64,000 nucleotides of DNA, taken from positions 12,338,001 to 12,402,000 of the forward strand of contig JBHGNT010000006.1 in the NCBI GenBank assembly GCA_043228905.1, written 5' to 3'. The notes beneath the pieces are model-generated. The model ran no database searches and was not told where the DNA came from. It worked only from the letters and a program-made list of their open reading frames with translations. This document shows, one piece after another, positions 12,507-25,900 of the stretch; within the stretch, counting starts at the first letter, position 1; the number at the start of each line of letters is the position of its first letter. A program made the position numbers and the translations under genes. The DNA comes from Azolla caroliniana (lineage: Eukaryota > Plantae > Polypodiophyta).

Positions 12507-15500
12507 TGAAAGGACTACACGCTCCGAAAACAATGCTCGGCCACAACCGAGTCTAGGATCAAACACAGAAAAACGGGTAATGTACGCACAACACAGTAAA
12601 GAGAAGAGTACACAAGATGTTTACGTGGAAAACCCAAACACGGGAAAAACCACGGCAATCCACAGACTGCAAACTATCACTATGTTACAATGTACAGTAG
12701 ATGAACACAGAGGCAACGACCTCTTGTTCACTGTCTTTGCCACAGGTGGCGGTTACAATAGAGACAACGTCCTCTTCGTCTCTCACTCACTCACTCTCTC
12801 TCTCTCTTTGTGTACACGGTTGCACTCAAATCTTGCACCAACAAGAATGACAACTTCTCAACACTAAGTTTGCCCTAAGTCATATTTATACTAATATGAC
12901 TTTTCGGCTATTTACAAATATAGCCCGAATGGACTCTCAGAAACATGTTTACGAATATGTCCCTTCATCCGGTGAGCACTCCTCACCGGGCCTGCATCAT
13001 CCGGCTCTTGCCGAGCACTCGTCATCCGGTTCTCACCGGGCCTTCCTTGCTGGGTACTCGTCATCCGGTTCTCATCAGGTCTTCCGTTGCCGGGTACTCC
13101 ACATCCGGTTCTCACCGGGTCTTCCATTGCCGGGTACTCCACATCCGGATTCAGCCTTGGCCGAGTTGCTCATCAACACTGTTCTTCTCACTTCCCATCC
13201 GGAGGGATCTGTTTCCTAACAAACTCCCCCTTCACTCCAGCATGGGATGTCGTACTAGTTCGATCCGCTTCCGACATGCATCCAGCTTGTCGGGTAGCAG
13301 TACTTTGGTCAGCATATCTGACCCGTTCTTGGCCATGTGGATCTTCGTCAGCGCGAACTCTCGATCTTCTACTCGCTCCCGGATCTAGTGATACCTACGT
13401 TGGATGTGCTTCGTCCTGGAATGGTACGCTGCGTTCTTTGCAAGGTGAATGGCACCTTGACTGTTGCAATAGAGCCGCTATTCATCTTGCCAGATACCGA
13501 GCTCTCCGATGAAGTCCTTCATCCATAATATTTCCTTGCCGGCTTCCACAGCTGCCATGTACTCCGCTTCCGTGGTTGACAATGCAACCGTCTTCTGCAG
13601 CCTCGACTGCCACGAAACAGCTCCCCCTGCATATGTCATTACATACCCGGATGTAGACTGGCCGGTATCCACATCAACTGACATGTCCGATTTGGTAAAA
13701 CCGTCAAGTTGAGGTTTACCGGAGCCGAATCGGAGACACATATTCGAAGTGCCCTTCAGGTATCAGAGTATCCATTTGACCGCGTTCCAGTGCTCCTTGC
13801 CGGGATTGCTCATAAACCAGCTCACCACTCCGACTGCGTATCCAATATCCGGTCGAGTACACACCATTGCGTACATCAAGCTCCCAACGGCAGGGGCATA
13901 TGGAACCTTCATCATATCAACCTTCTCTGCTTTCGTCTTCGGGCTTCGCTTACCGGATAGTCTGCAGTTTGCCGGGATTGTCGATCCGACCGGTTTTGCT
14001 TCTAACATGTGAACTGTTGAAGCACCTTTGTCACGTATTTCTCCTATTACAGCCACAATTGCTTCGTTGGCTGGTCCCGGATGATATGCATCCCCAGCAT
14101 CTGTCTTGCCGAACCCAATTCTTTCATTGCGAAAGTTCGGTTGAGAGCCTTCTTCAGCATCCGTATTTTGGCTTGGTCCCGTCTGACGATCAAGATGTGG
14201 TCCACGTATAGAAGGAGTATTAGGAAGTCGCCTCCTTCGAACTTCTTCACAAACATGCAGTGATCGGCCTGCGTCTTGTGGTACCCTTGATCGGTCATGA
14301 AGGAGTCGAACTTCCGGTACCATTGTCGGGGAGCCTGCTTCAGTCCGTACAGGCTCTTCTTCAACCGACAAACTAGGTGCTCGTTCCCTTTCTCCACGAA
14401 TCCTTCCGGTTGCTGCATGTAGATCTCCTCTTCGAGGTCACCATGAAGGAATGCCGTCTTCACGTCCAGTTGCTCTACCTCGAGGTCCATGCTTGCTGCT
14501 ATACTCAGCACCGTCCGGATGGAGGTCATCTTTACTACCGGGGAAAATATCTCGTCGAAGTCCACACCCTTCTTCTGTTGGAACCCCTTCACCACGATCC
14601 TGGCTTTGTATCTTGGGGGGTAGCCGGCATCTCCCGGTTTCAACTTGTACACCCACTTGTTTCGGAGTGCCCGCTTTCCTTTCGGCAACTCCACCAATTC
14701 ATACGTATGGTTCTCATGCAGGGAATACATCTCATCCTGCATGGCACTTAACCATTTGCGGTTGTGGGTGTCATCCTTCGCTTCTTCGAAGCTTTCCGGC
14801 TCTCCTTCATCGGTCAGCGGCACATATGCTTTGCATCCGGAAATCTCCGGGGGGCCCTTCTCTCTCTGAGAGGAGATCTCCGTCTTTGGCCTTCGGCAAC
14901 CAGCTCCACTATTTGTTCTTCATCCGAATCTGATTTGGGGTCTTCGCCGGTTCCGATTTCAGCTTCCTCTACTTCTTCTTCTGCCGGTTCGGTATCCTCA
15001 TCGGAACCAGCTGGTTCCTCGAGTGTCAACAGGCTCTTAGACGGGTGTGTCCGAATCTCATCGGAGTTCATTATCTTCTTCTCCAACTCCCAGTCGGCAA
15101 GAGTCTTGTCCTCCATGAAGATAATATCTCGACTCCGGAAAGCCTTCTTGTCAACCGGATCCCACACTCGGTAGCCGAACTCATCATCGCCGTATCCGAG
15201 GAATATGCATGGCCGGGTTTTTGGGTCCAACTTTCCTCTCGGTCCTTAGCAACATGCACGTACACGAGACACCCGAACACCTTCAGATGCCGGTAGGACA
15301 CTTCCTTACCGGTCCACACCTTTTGCGGTGTGTCTCCATCCAAGGGCACTGAGGGTGATCTATTTATCACATACGTCGTTGTCGACAACGCCTCAGCCCA
15401 AAACGTCTTGGGTAATTTTGCATGCGCCGGCATACTCCGGACCCTCTCCATTATGGTCTGGTTCATCCTCTCGGCCAGCCCGTTTAGTTTCGGCATCTTC

Positions 15501-16990
15501 GGCACAGTAAATTCGAGCCGGATTCCCTTCGAGCGACAGTACTCCTCGAACTGCCCCCGGTATTCACCTCCGTTATCTGCTCGAACCACCTTTAGCTTCC
15601 GGCCGGTTTCTTTTTCCACTCTCGTGTGGAGCTCTTTGAAGACAAATAACACCTAATCCTTCGTCTTCAACGGTGTGGCCCACAGCTTTTGGCTGTGGTC
15701 ATCTATGAACGTCATCAGTATGCACCATCTCTAGTGGTGCATTACGTCTCATCGGTGGCCTCGATCGGAAGGAGGTCTGGTTTTGTTTCCGGCCAGACAA
15801 TCAATGCACTTCTCCAAGTGCACGTTCTTCACTGGAATGAGGTTGTCATCTGCAAGCCTCTTCATCCCCTTCTCGCTCATGTGACACAGCCTCTTGTGCC
15901 ATAGCTCATCGGCAGTGTCGGAAGCCATGTTCACTTCTTCCGGGCATAACCGGGCATTCATTAGGTACAACGTGTTTACCTTCTGGCCCGGAGCCACAAT
16001 CAGGCTCCCTTTGCTAAACTTCATAACATCGTTCCGGATGCTACCCATGTAGCCTTCATCATCTAGCCGACCGGCTGATATTAGGTTCAGACGAACCTCC
16101 GGAACGTGTCGAACATCCTTCAGCAATAGCTTGCATCCAGTTGGTGTTGTCGACAATTCGGCATGTACCTTTATTCCCCATCCAGACACAGCCGTGATCA
16201 CCGACTGAGTAAGATGAGAAGCATTTCCGGTCCGGGGTAAGGTGGAACGACGCTCCGGAGTCGACCACCCAGGTCATCTCGTCGCCGACAAGGTTTAGCT
16301 CACTCTCCTCGGTGATGAGCATCAATTCTTCTTCACTTGCCGCGATTGCCGTCGTTCCCTTCCAGTCCGTTCCCCTCCGGTCTTTACCGTTCCGGTCTGG
16401 TGTCCACTTTGAATCGGTACCATTGGTTTCCTTGTCTTTTCGGAAGTGCCGACAGTTCTTCTGGAAATGTCCCGACTTGCCGCATTAGAAGCAGGTAGGC
16501 CTCCCCCTTGACTTTGACCATGTCCCCGACTTTTCACGGTTCTGGGGACTACGGTTCCTTTGTCTCTTGTCCCCGAACTGAACCGGCAACCAAAGATCTT
16601 TAACCACGAGCATGTCCCTCCTCTTCGACTTCCACACCGAATAGTTGGAGCCGGTGAGCTTGAACATGCCTCCCAACGAGTCGTCCATTTTCATGTGTCG
16701 TTTCGCTTTGATACCAGTTTGAAAGGACTACACGCTCCGAAAACAACGCTCGGCCACAACCGAGTCTAGGATCAAACACAGAAAAACGGGTAATGTACGC
16801 ACGACACAGTAAAGAGAAGAGTACACAAGATGTTTACGTGGAAAACCCAAACACGGGAAAAACCACAGCAGTCCACAGACTGCAAACTATCACTATGTTA
16901 CAATGTACACTAGATGAAGACAAAGGCAACGACCTCTTGTTCACTGTCTTCGCCACAGGCGGTGGTTACAACAGAGACAATGTCCTCTTC

Positions 16991-17030
<40 letters not shown>

Positions 17031-17361
17031 GTACACGGTTGCACTCAAATCTTGTACCAACAAGAATGACAACTTCTCAACACTAAGTTTGCCCTAAGTC
17101 ATATTTATACTAATATGACTTTTCGGCTATTTACAAATATAGCCCGAATGGACTCTCAGAAACATGTTTACGAATATGTCCCTTCATCCGGTGAGCACTC
17201 CTCACTGGGCATGCATCATCCGGGTCTTCACGGGCACTCGTCATCCGGTTCTCACCGGGTCTTCAGTTGCTGGGTAGTCCACATCCGGATTCGACCTCGG
17301 TCGAGTTGCTCATCAACACTGTTCTTCTCACTTCCCATCTGGAGGGACTTGTTTCCTAACA
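12507..17361 (-). mobile_element. Ty1/copia family A element, degenerate, with internal gag deletion
   Basis: LTRs 16720-17361 and 12507-13221. TSD ATTTC at 12502-12506 and 17362-17366. PBS 16705-16716, PPT 13224-13233. Fragmented INT/RT/RH. Gag jumps from QFGDKR to QRNRSPQ. Confidence 0.96.
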
Positions 17362-17534
17362 ATTTCTTCCTCCATAGCGGCACGCCAATTTGCATCCTTT
17401 GCTAGTTATGCATAGCTCTCCGGCTCACGCACTTCCGCCACCCTGGTTATGTACGCGTAATGATGTGTGTTAATCCTTAGGGCCGGACAATGGCCTAACA
17501 TAGGGTGTTTCTGGAAGACACTTCACCAAAGGGG

Positions 17535-17915
17535 TGTTACGGCGAGATAACTTAAGACACAACGATTACTTCGACTTAATTAGCTACTTAGCAATAAGGC
17601 ATACACTTAATACACGCGTAGGATATAACAATTAATTCAGAACGGTAATCAATACGTGAAGATAAAATAAGAAGCTTATATTAATTCTCCGTTAAAGTTA
17701 TACATTGTAACCGGGCCTTTATATAGGTCACCGGTGCTGCATACAAAACGGTGCCAACCGACACCTGTTCAGAATCGGTCCGGATCCGGATCGGCATACC
17801 GATTCCAGTCCTTCTGTTCACTACATAATTATAATCTAATCTACTTAATTAAATATATTCCGAATAACCATCCCTTTCACATTCTGGTCTCTACTCCATT
17901 GCCGGCCGGGTAACA
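17535..17915 (-). mobile_element. LTR E (3' LTR of the autonomous gypsy; may extend to 17468)
   Basis: TGTTAC..GTAACA inverted termini. CTATATAAAG TATA box on the minus strand near 17717-17726. Confidence 0.75.
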
Positions 17916-17917
17916 CA

Positions 17918-17934
17918 TGGCACGCCTGTGGGAC
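17918..17934 (+). other. Antisense tRNA-Arg(UCU)-type PBS at the PPT position
   Basis: TGGCACGCCTGTGGGAC, 2 nt from LTR E. Resembles the Tat-type PBS TGGCACGCCCAGTGGGAC with a 1-nt gap. Confidence 0.75.
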
Positions 17935-18299
17935 ATGATCTTGTACGTCGAATCCCACTATCCGGCCCTTAGCCTTCGTCCAAGATGTCCAGAATACTCT
18001 GCTCTAGGGTATCCAATGGTTGTTCGGAATTCGGTTGTTGTTGTTGCGGCTGCTGTTGCTGCGGTGGCTGCGGCTCCTCCAACTGTTGCTCCTGAGTGGG
18101 CGTCTGTTCGGCTGCGGTGATGGTGATTCCTCTGTTAGCTGCTCCGCCGGATTTGACTCCGGTTGACTCATCTCGGCCTTGTCTCCGTCCGGTCCTTGCT
18201 CCGGTGATGGTTCCTCATCGTTGAGGTTGACGGTCGCCGTCTGCTTTGCTTCTTCTCTCCGTAGCCTGGTCCGCTCATAGCTCTCAAACTAGATTTGAG

Positions 18300-20401
18300 C
18301 ATCCAGTCGATCATCATCTAGCTGGGCTACCAGTTGCCGGACCACTGCTGCCTGATCCTCCGCCAAAGTTATAAAATCTTCGGCTAACTCCTCTCTGACG
18401 GCGGTGAAGTCCTCCTTCGTTAGCATTTAGCAATCGTCGCCTTCCCTCTGCCGGTTTTCCGCTTCTGCCCGTAGCAACTGGAGCTCGGTTGTGTGGTTTG
18501 CCCATTTGTCCCACCATTGCGCGGAGCTTTTGTCAATCAAGAGTTTGGTCTTGTTCCTCCATGCATAGACAATGAACTGGATCCGTTCCAATCCCATCTT
18601 TGATTTGTCCTCCGCGGCTTGCCATTCGTCCTTCAACTGCTTGATGAGTGCCACCGTATCCACCTCCTGCTCCCGGTAATGTGACAGTTGGGTTTGATAA
18701 GTGGTCTGCAGCCTTTTCAAGATCATCTTCGCTCTTTCCTTCTCTTTATAATGGTGCTTATGCAGCTGCATCCGTTCTTGCGCGGCTTCCTGCTAGTGCT
18801 TCTTTATTCTGTACATCGACCGGGGCCACCGGTGCTTGGAGCTGTGGTCCGGTTAAGGCCATTTTGGCCAATTCTTCTATGGCCAGGTCCAAGTCTTGTT
18901 CTAGGCTCCGGATCCTTGACCGGGCCGTCTCTAGTTCTCCGGTTGTGACGAGCAACCGGTCCATTTGTGTTTTCTCTTCCGCCTCTATGTAGTGTACCAC
19001 TCCGACAATCTATTCTCCAATCCACCGGAGCCATTGGCTGCCGGTGCCCTGTTGTTGCGTCTGCCCGGAGGGTTGGCTGTTGGTGTTGTTGGCCAGTGGT
19101 CGGTTTTGTCCAGTTGCGTCGAGCTGCAACTCTGGCTCTTGTTGGTGACCACTTTATCGTTCAGGTTGCGGCTCCGTTGGCCACTCTACCTCTGAATGCT
19201 CTTGGCCTGCTGGTGGGGTCGGCAATTGTACTTCCGACACTGGCATATCGGGTCTTGCTATATCCTGACCCGCCGGTAGAGGTTGTTGTGCAGGGGGCTC
19301 TGTGGCCAGTTCTGGTTCCATCCTTGGTGTGGGCTACTCAGGGCGGGGTACATGCGTTCCATCCTTCTTTGGGTCCGAATGCTCCCAGGCATGTTCGGAG
19401 GTGCTTGCCTTCTGGCGCCGCTTGAGGTGCTCTAACGGTTCCTCCTCCATTTCGTCCTCCTTAGTCCCGATGTTGATTTTTGCTGCCAAGGGGTCCGGCG
19501 CTTGTTGAACCGGTCGGCTAAGCCTGATCTTGATTGGCCACACCAGTGGCTCCTCCTGCGTTTCCGCCTTCCGCTTCCTGTTGGCGCGCTCCTTTGTTGC
19601 CTGGTCCGTGTCGGCCGCCTTCCCTTTGGTTGCCTTAGACGCCAACAACTGCTGTCGTTTAGAGGCCGTTTTCGGGGTGCCTTCGGTTGTTCTTCCCCGC
19701 TTCGTGCTCTTGACGGGCTCGATAGGTGGCGCCAATAGAGTGAGCCATTGCGCCACCGCCATCCATATCTTCCAACCCTCTTTGCCTTTAACAGAGTCGT
19801 TGGCCGCACAGAGGCCATCCGCAATTAGTACCGCCCAGTCCACCTTCACGCCTTCATATGTGGCTATGATTAAGCCGGCCCGGTTCTGGGGCATGCAAGG
19901 GGGTTGAGGGTATACATGTCCGAATTCATGGAGCACCCGGGTAATCTCTCGAAAGAGAGGATCTTCACGGCCCTGTGTCCGGTAGGCCTTGCTTGCCAGA
20001 GAGTATTCCCCAAAGTATTTTCGGAGTTGTTCCAGGGTAGGATTAACAATAGTGAAGATTCCCCCTTCCGGAAGGCCAATCAACGCATGAATGGCCTCCT
20101 CAGTAATCAGCTTCGTGTCAATTTCTTTGACTATCTTCTTCGCCTCCCGGTGCGGTGGCGCCTCCATGATGGTGAGGAAACCCTCTAAGCCGTGTTGCCT
20201 TAGCCACTTCTTGGCTGCTTCAGAGAGTGCTTGGTAGTCCATGGCTTCGTCGAGGTCGGTGAGCGCTGGTGAGGGTTGTGTGTGAGGAGTCTCTGTGTGC
20301 GTGGGTTCGCGTCTGCTGATCTTCAATCGCCTGTCTGCGTTATTGCTCCTTTGTTCGCGAAATGTGAGGGTTTCTATGTGGCGGGGGTCTTCTTGTTGCA
20401 T
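18300..20401 (-). pseudogene. Extra ORF (ORF3) downstream of gypsy pol, disrupted; N-terminal plant-transposon-protein-like domain, C-terminal coiled coil
   Basis: ORFs 20401-19334 and 19000-18758 share a frame; 18771-18427 is frameshifted. Motifs ITEEAIHALIGLPEGG and GVKVDWAVLI. Contiguous with the pol 3' region once element C is removed. The 3' end is approximate. Confidence 0.65.
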
Positions 20402-21386
20402 GTTGGCGCCTGTTTTTTTTCCATTACCCGCGCATGTGCACGTCGTGTACTAAAATAGAATGACGTTGTCGTGAGGAATTTCGGTCAGAGGTGGAAACCG
20501 GGAAATATTGGCTACATCGGCGGGGTGCAGCATGTGCTCTCACCCTTGTACATTTAGTGTGAATAACGAGGGCGCCTTTATGGCGCCGAAGAGTAGTCAA
20601 GTCAGTACAGAGGATCCCATGTAAGTCGGGATTTATCCCACATTGTAACGCATCCCTCTCCTTGTTCTATAAAAGGAAGGGAGCGCCCTTTGTGAAAGGG
20701 TTGCCCATTTTGAATCGTAAGGGTCTACCATTTTGTGCGTTGTTCCTAGGGTTAGTTACGTTCTTTCCTTCTTTTCTTCTCTCTACTCCTTCTCCTTCTC
20801 GAGAACTCGAGCGGCAGTTATGGCGGGAGAGCTATTAGGTTAACTCTTCTTCTTCTGTGCGTAGCCGGCTCGCGGCCGGGGTTGTATCTCTCCCTGTGGT
20901 AGGTTGCTTCTTCTCGGCCTCCTGTGCAAGACCCCGCTCGGCGCGATGAGCCCGAGAGCTCCCCGACGACGGCTTGGTGGCAGACTGCCGTTGCGACCTA
21001 GCCCACCTCAGTCCGGCTCGGAGTCGGAGTTGTAACTCACTCTTGTAATCATATATATATACAAGGTTGTGCATATTTGTGTCTCTGTCGGTGTCAGGTG
21101 CTTTCCCTTCCCTGTGTTTCCTGTACATAAGAGGTGTGTGTTTTGTCGGTGTTGCGCGCGTGTTCTCTCCCTCTCTTTCTCTCTCGCGTTTGGTAGCCAC
21201 CGGTACGCATTCGGAATCGCTCCGGTTCGTGCTACAACCAGTGCATCCGGGACCGGAGAGAAGTCGGCTTCTGAAAACCCCATCACTTCCTTAGTCCGAG
21301 ACCCCCGTGGTCCCGCCCCTTCTACACGCACGCGCGTAACAACACGACATATTTGGTGAACCCAATGTGAAGGGCGGCAAGGGAGA

Positions 21387-22241
21387 ATGGAGCTGGAAGA
21401 AGACGACTTCGCGGAACTTTTTGTTGAAGCGGTGAGGGAGTTTGGACGAGCAACGACAAGACGAGAGACGGCGCAGCAAGCGGTTGAGCGAGTGGTCGAA
21501 AGAGTCGGCCGTTTCAATGGGGACAAAGTCCCATCTTACTTGGAACCCTACAACGCGGAGATGGAGGAGCGAGACATAGACGAGGCATTGAGGCTGGAGT
21601 TCTTCTGTCGGGTCGTCGTCGTCCGTATGCACGCGGAAGTCAAGGAGCTCCGAGAAGCTTATAGTTCGTGGGAGGCATTCGAAGAGGCGCTCCTGCAGGC
21701 ATATGGAGGACGTCGGAAGAGCCGGGGACGACGTGACTTTGACCAGTGGGTTGCATCGGCGAAGACCCACCGGGGCGCGATGAAGGCGTTCCGGGAGTAC
21801 GAGCGGTGACTTGCTCGCCTCCTGGAGCGGGAACAAGGTTTGGTGGGGGCGGACAAAGTCATGTTGTTCGTTAAGTCGATCGACCGAGTGGAACGGGAGG
21901 CCATCGGGATTGAGCTCGAAGACGAGGACGGAGCGAATGGCCTCACCGAGGATTGGTCAAAGGTCGGAAGGGTGTGCCAACGGCTAGATGACAAGCGACC
22001 CGAAAAGGCTAAGAGGAAGGCGCGCGATGGCATGCCATCACAGCGGGAAGAGGCCGAACGGCGAAGAGAATCGGCAAGGGTCGGCGTTGGGGCCAGGATT
22101 GCGGAGGCGTATGCAGCTCTTGAGGCGATGCTCGAGGAAGAGGAAAGATCGAGGCCGCAAGCCGAGACCAAGGAGATGGACTTGCCCCACGCGATGGTGG
22201 AAGACCGGTACCACGGTACCACGGGAGAGGGTGAGCAGTAA
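21387..22241 (+). pseudogene. Retrotransposon gag-like ORF of element C (in-frame stop at 21807-21809)
   Basis: Starts just after the PBS. RFNGDKVPSYL..SWEAFEEALL capsid-like pattern. Confidence 0.7.
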
Positions 22242-22941
22242 GAAGCGCTCTCGACTTGTGGAGAATTGCCGACCGAGGACAAGGTCGGGAGCGGAGAAGA
22301 GCCCTCCACGCGGATTCCGGAGACTCCAGTGGTCGAGCCCGTGTGCCGACATGAGACCGGAGAGAAGGAAGGCGCCGACGAGGAGTCCTGGCATGATGGG
22401 AAACGGCTTGCGAGGAGGCCAAGGACGGAGGCGGCACAGAAAGATCGGCATTCCGATTCGGATGGAGCGTGATCCGTATGTGGATGACTCGACCGAAACC
22501 GGCCCAAGGCGCGAAAGACCAGGGACGGGCTATAGAGCCCGATCGGTAGGGCTCGGTTTGGTACGATAGTGACGACGCGGAAGAGGGTGCGAAAAAAATC
22601 GCCCTCTTTTACATGAGAACACAAGTCGGCCAGGCGAAGGCCGCAATTCGGGAAGCTAGCGATCGAGGTTGCGGAGAGAGACCGGGAGGTTTCGGACACC
22701 GCTACTCGAAACTCCGGACATTGGAGAATCAAGTGCAGGTGGCACTTGATCGATCGAAGTCCAGATGCTTCTCACCGAACGTGCTTGGGGAGCGGTACCC
22801 CGAACGAGCGTCCGCAAATCATTACGGAACGGAAACACCACGTCTTATCCGGAGACTCAGGCAGCTGGCAACGAGCGCCGGCGTGAGACTTGGAGAGATG
22901 GGAGATGGAGGCAGGTATACGAGAAGGAGAGCAACGACGAG

Positions 22942-25900
22942 TGTTGGGAGACAAGTCCCTCCGGATGGGAAGGGAGAAGAACAGTGCTGATGAACAAACT
23001 CGGCCTTGGCCGAAACCGGATGAGGAGTACCCGGCTACGGAGAGCCGGATGGTGCAGACCCGGTGAGAACCGAATGAGGAGTACCCGGCTACGGAGTGTT
23101 GTAGGTTTTTGGGTTAGGGTTAAGGACAATGATAATCATGATAAAGATAGACATGGTGGTTATGATGATGATGGAGAGTATGGGATTGATGGCGAGAGAG
23201 ATCATGTGCATTGAGAAGCATTGCGGGGTGGGGGGTGGTGCCTAGAATGGCTCCACCCCCCTCCCAAGGGGGTTCAACATTAAGGGGAGGGAAGAGAGAG
23301 AGAGAGAGATGAAAAGAGAGATAGATAGAGAGAAATGATTCCTTTTTCATTCATTCCCCATAAGGGGGTTAAATAGTACAAGAGGGGGTAGATACAAAGG
23401 GGTGTAAGCCCCCTAGAGCATTCGTACTGGACACTCACTCATACCTCCTCGTATCCATCCACATGCACACACGTGTGCATGTGTTCACATACGTATCGAC
23501 TCACAATTACATTTATGCCCCCTACACATACACAACAACATTATGATAACATTTGACCCTCGCTCATCACACTTGACTCTCCGTACATCTCGTACGAGGT
23601 AACACAATATGGCACGCCCGTGGGAGAGTGCCTTGCACGTCGATCCCACATGCCTTGATGATGATATTTCTTTGACGGGAACTTCCATCGGTCCTTTCAA
23701 CGATCAACTCCCTCGATCGGAATGCTTGACTCGAACACATTTGTCGGTCAACAAATCTTCCGCGACACGAACATTCTCGTTCTGTCGACTTACGAACTTC
23801 GTAAAATCATTTGGGTTGTCAAAAATATGTTGTATGTATGTGTGTTCTTCCTTTGTTTTGAGTTGTGTGTGGTCGATCACGTCCATTTCTTTAGGTGGAT
23901 GAGTTTTCAAAATTTTGTATGTGCCCTTTGATTTTTAAATTTTAAATTTTTAAATTTTAAATTTTTTATTTTTGTAATGCCATCATGTTTTTCGAAATTC
24001 TTCGAATGCCCTCAAGTTTTCAAAACTCCTCGAATGCCCCTTATCGTTCTCTTTTTCCCTCTTTTTTTCCGTTTTTGTCTTTTTCTTTTTCTTGCCTCTT
24101 CTTCCTCTTTCTTTCTGTTTTCTTTTCCCGCTTCTCTACTGGCCTTCCTGTCTCTCCTCTCTTCTTTTGTTGTTCTTCTGTATTTGTCTTCCTCTTCCTT
24201 GCTCATTTTTCTCCATCCTCTGTCTTAAGCCTTCTCTGCCTTCTCTTCTATACTCTCTACTTTCTTCTCTGTGTGTTCTAGTTCCTTCTCTGATTCCATG
24301 GTCTCTCTGTCACTATCTCCATTTCTTTGTCTCTGTCGTCTATCGGCCACTCGTGACCGTTGGTTGTCGCCGCTCCTCTATCTGTCGCTGATACTATCCG
24401 GCCCGTTGTTTGGGCGTCAGTTGTCCAGCCTTTCTGGGCGCATTTCAGCCACTCCGGCCATTCCGGCTACATTTCGGCCATTTCTGTGCATTTCAACCGC
24501 CTCGACCGAAACCGGCTCCTTTCCGGTGGCTGCCCTTGTTTTGCCGTCATCATCGTTGTTCCGACCGCTCTTTGATTGCTTGTCCTTCTGGTCCTGCATC
24601 CGCGGTTGTCTCCATCTACATATTGGTGTATCTCCTTCCGATCGGTTGTCGTCTCTATCCATCTATGCCTCGTTTGTTGTTGTGTGTGTTTGTTTGGCCC
24701 TTCGTTTCAGCGTCATCTCCGATCCGGTCGTCGATTGTTCAGCCACCGCCATCGCTCTGGCCGGTTCCGTCTCTGTCCGGGCCTATCTGGCCACTCCGGC
24801 CACTGGTCGGCTATTCCGGTCGCTTTGGCCGCTCCTCGGCTCTCGGTTGCTCCGGCTGCCTCTATTGCGGACTCCATCACCGTCTCTGTCGGTTTCGTCG
24901 TCGTCCGACACCGTCCGTCATCCTGGCGGCCTGTTTGCTTCCCTGACCTTGTCTGGCCCTCCGGCCGCGCCGACTGCTGTCGGTTGGTGATGACCGTTCC
25001 TGAAGCCTCTCTCATCTTCGTCAGCCCTGTCCGGCCGGTCTGCAGTCGCGTGGCCGGTCTGTTCAGTCGTCATCCGGTTGTCAGCCGTTGATATCTGACG
25101 GTTATCTCTCCGTCCGTCGCTTTTCGGCGTCACTGTTGTTGTTTCGGCTCTGTCTACTCTGACAGTTTCCCGGCCATTACGGCCGCTTCGGTGCCAACCA
25201 ACTCTTGTTCTGGTTCCAACTTTTTCCGCGTCGCTTCTTTGGAAACTGGAAACTGTGAACACGTCCCATTCCGGTCCCGCACATCTTGCTGGCCCACGCT
25301 CCACACATTGCGTCTTCCTCCACAGTCTCCTTGGAACACGCACACGTTGCTGCTAACCGCACATTTGCACATTGTCATTTCCATTCTCGCACACTCATGT
25401 AACGCCATCCTTTTGCAACTTGTTTTGCAACTTCCTCTCATGCATTGACACCGTTTTTGTACATCTTGGCCAACATTTCTCGGACATTTAGGGCAAAAAC
25501 AAACCACACAAAACATTCACATATAGAGATTAATTTGTTGTAGAATTGTGCAGCAGTCAATCTTGTCAATCTTCCATTTCTGATTTCTTCCGCCTTTTGT
25601 TGCATATCGCCATCATTACCTGGACATCTCTTACATATCATCATCACTATGCCTCACATTGTCGCGTATCATTCTTCGACTCCGTCTCCAAAGGGGGGTC
25701 GCCTTAGTGGTCGCCAAAAGGTGTTGTAGGTTTTTGGGTTAGGGTTAAGGACGATGATAATCATGATAAAGATAGACATGGTGGTTATGATGATGATGGA
25801 GAGTATGGGATTGATGGCGAGAGAGATCATGTGCATTGAGAAGCATTGCGGGGTGGGGGGTGGTGCCTAGAATGGCTCCATCCCCCTCCCAAGGGGGTTC

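Noticed and set aside
17511-17528. Third PBS-like TGGTGAAG.. on minus after LTR E
   Set aside because: I could not match it to a tRNA 3' end. It may be a mutated PBS or chance, so it is left unassigned.
21659-22732. 357-aa antisense ORF, and other long antisense ORFs such as 29018-29872 and 30334-31290
   Set aside because: Shadow ORFs of GC-rich retroelement sequence with no recognisable motifs.
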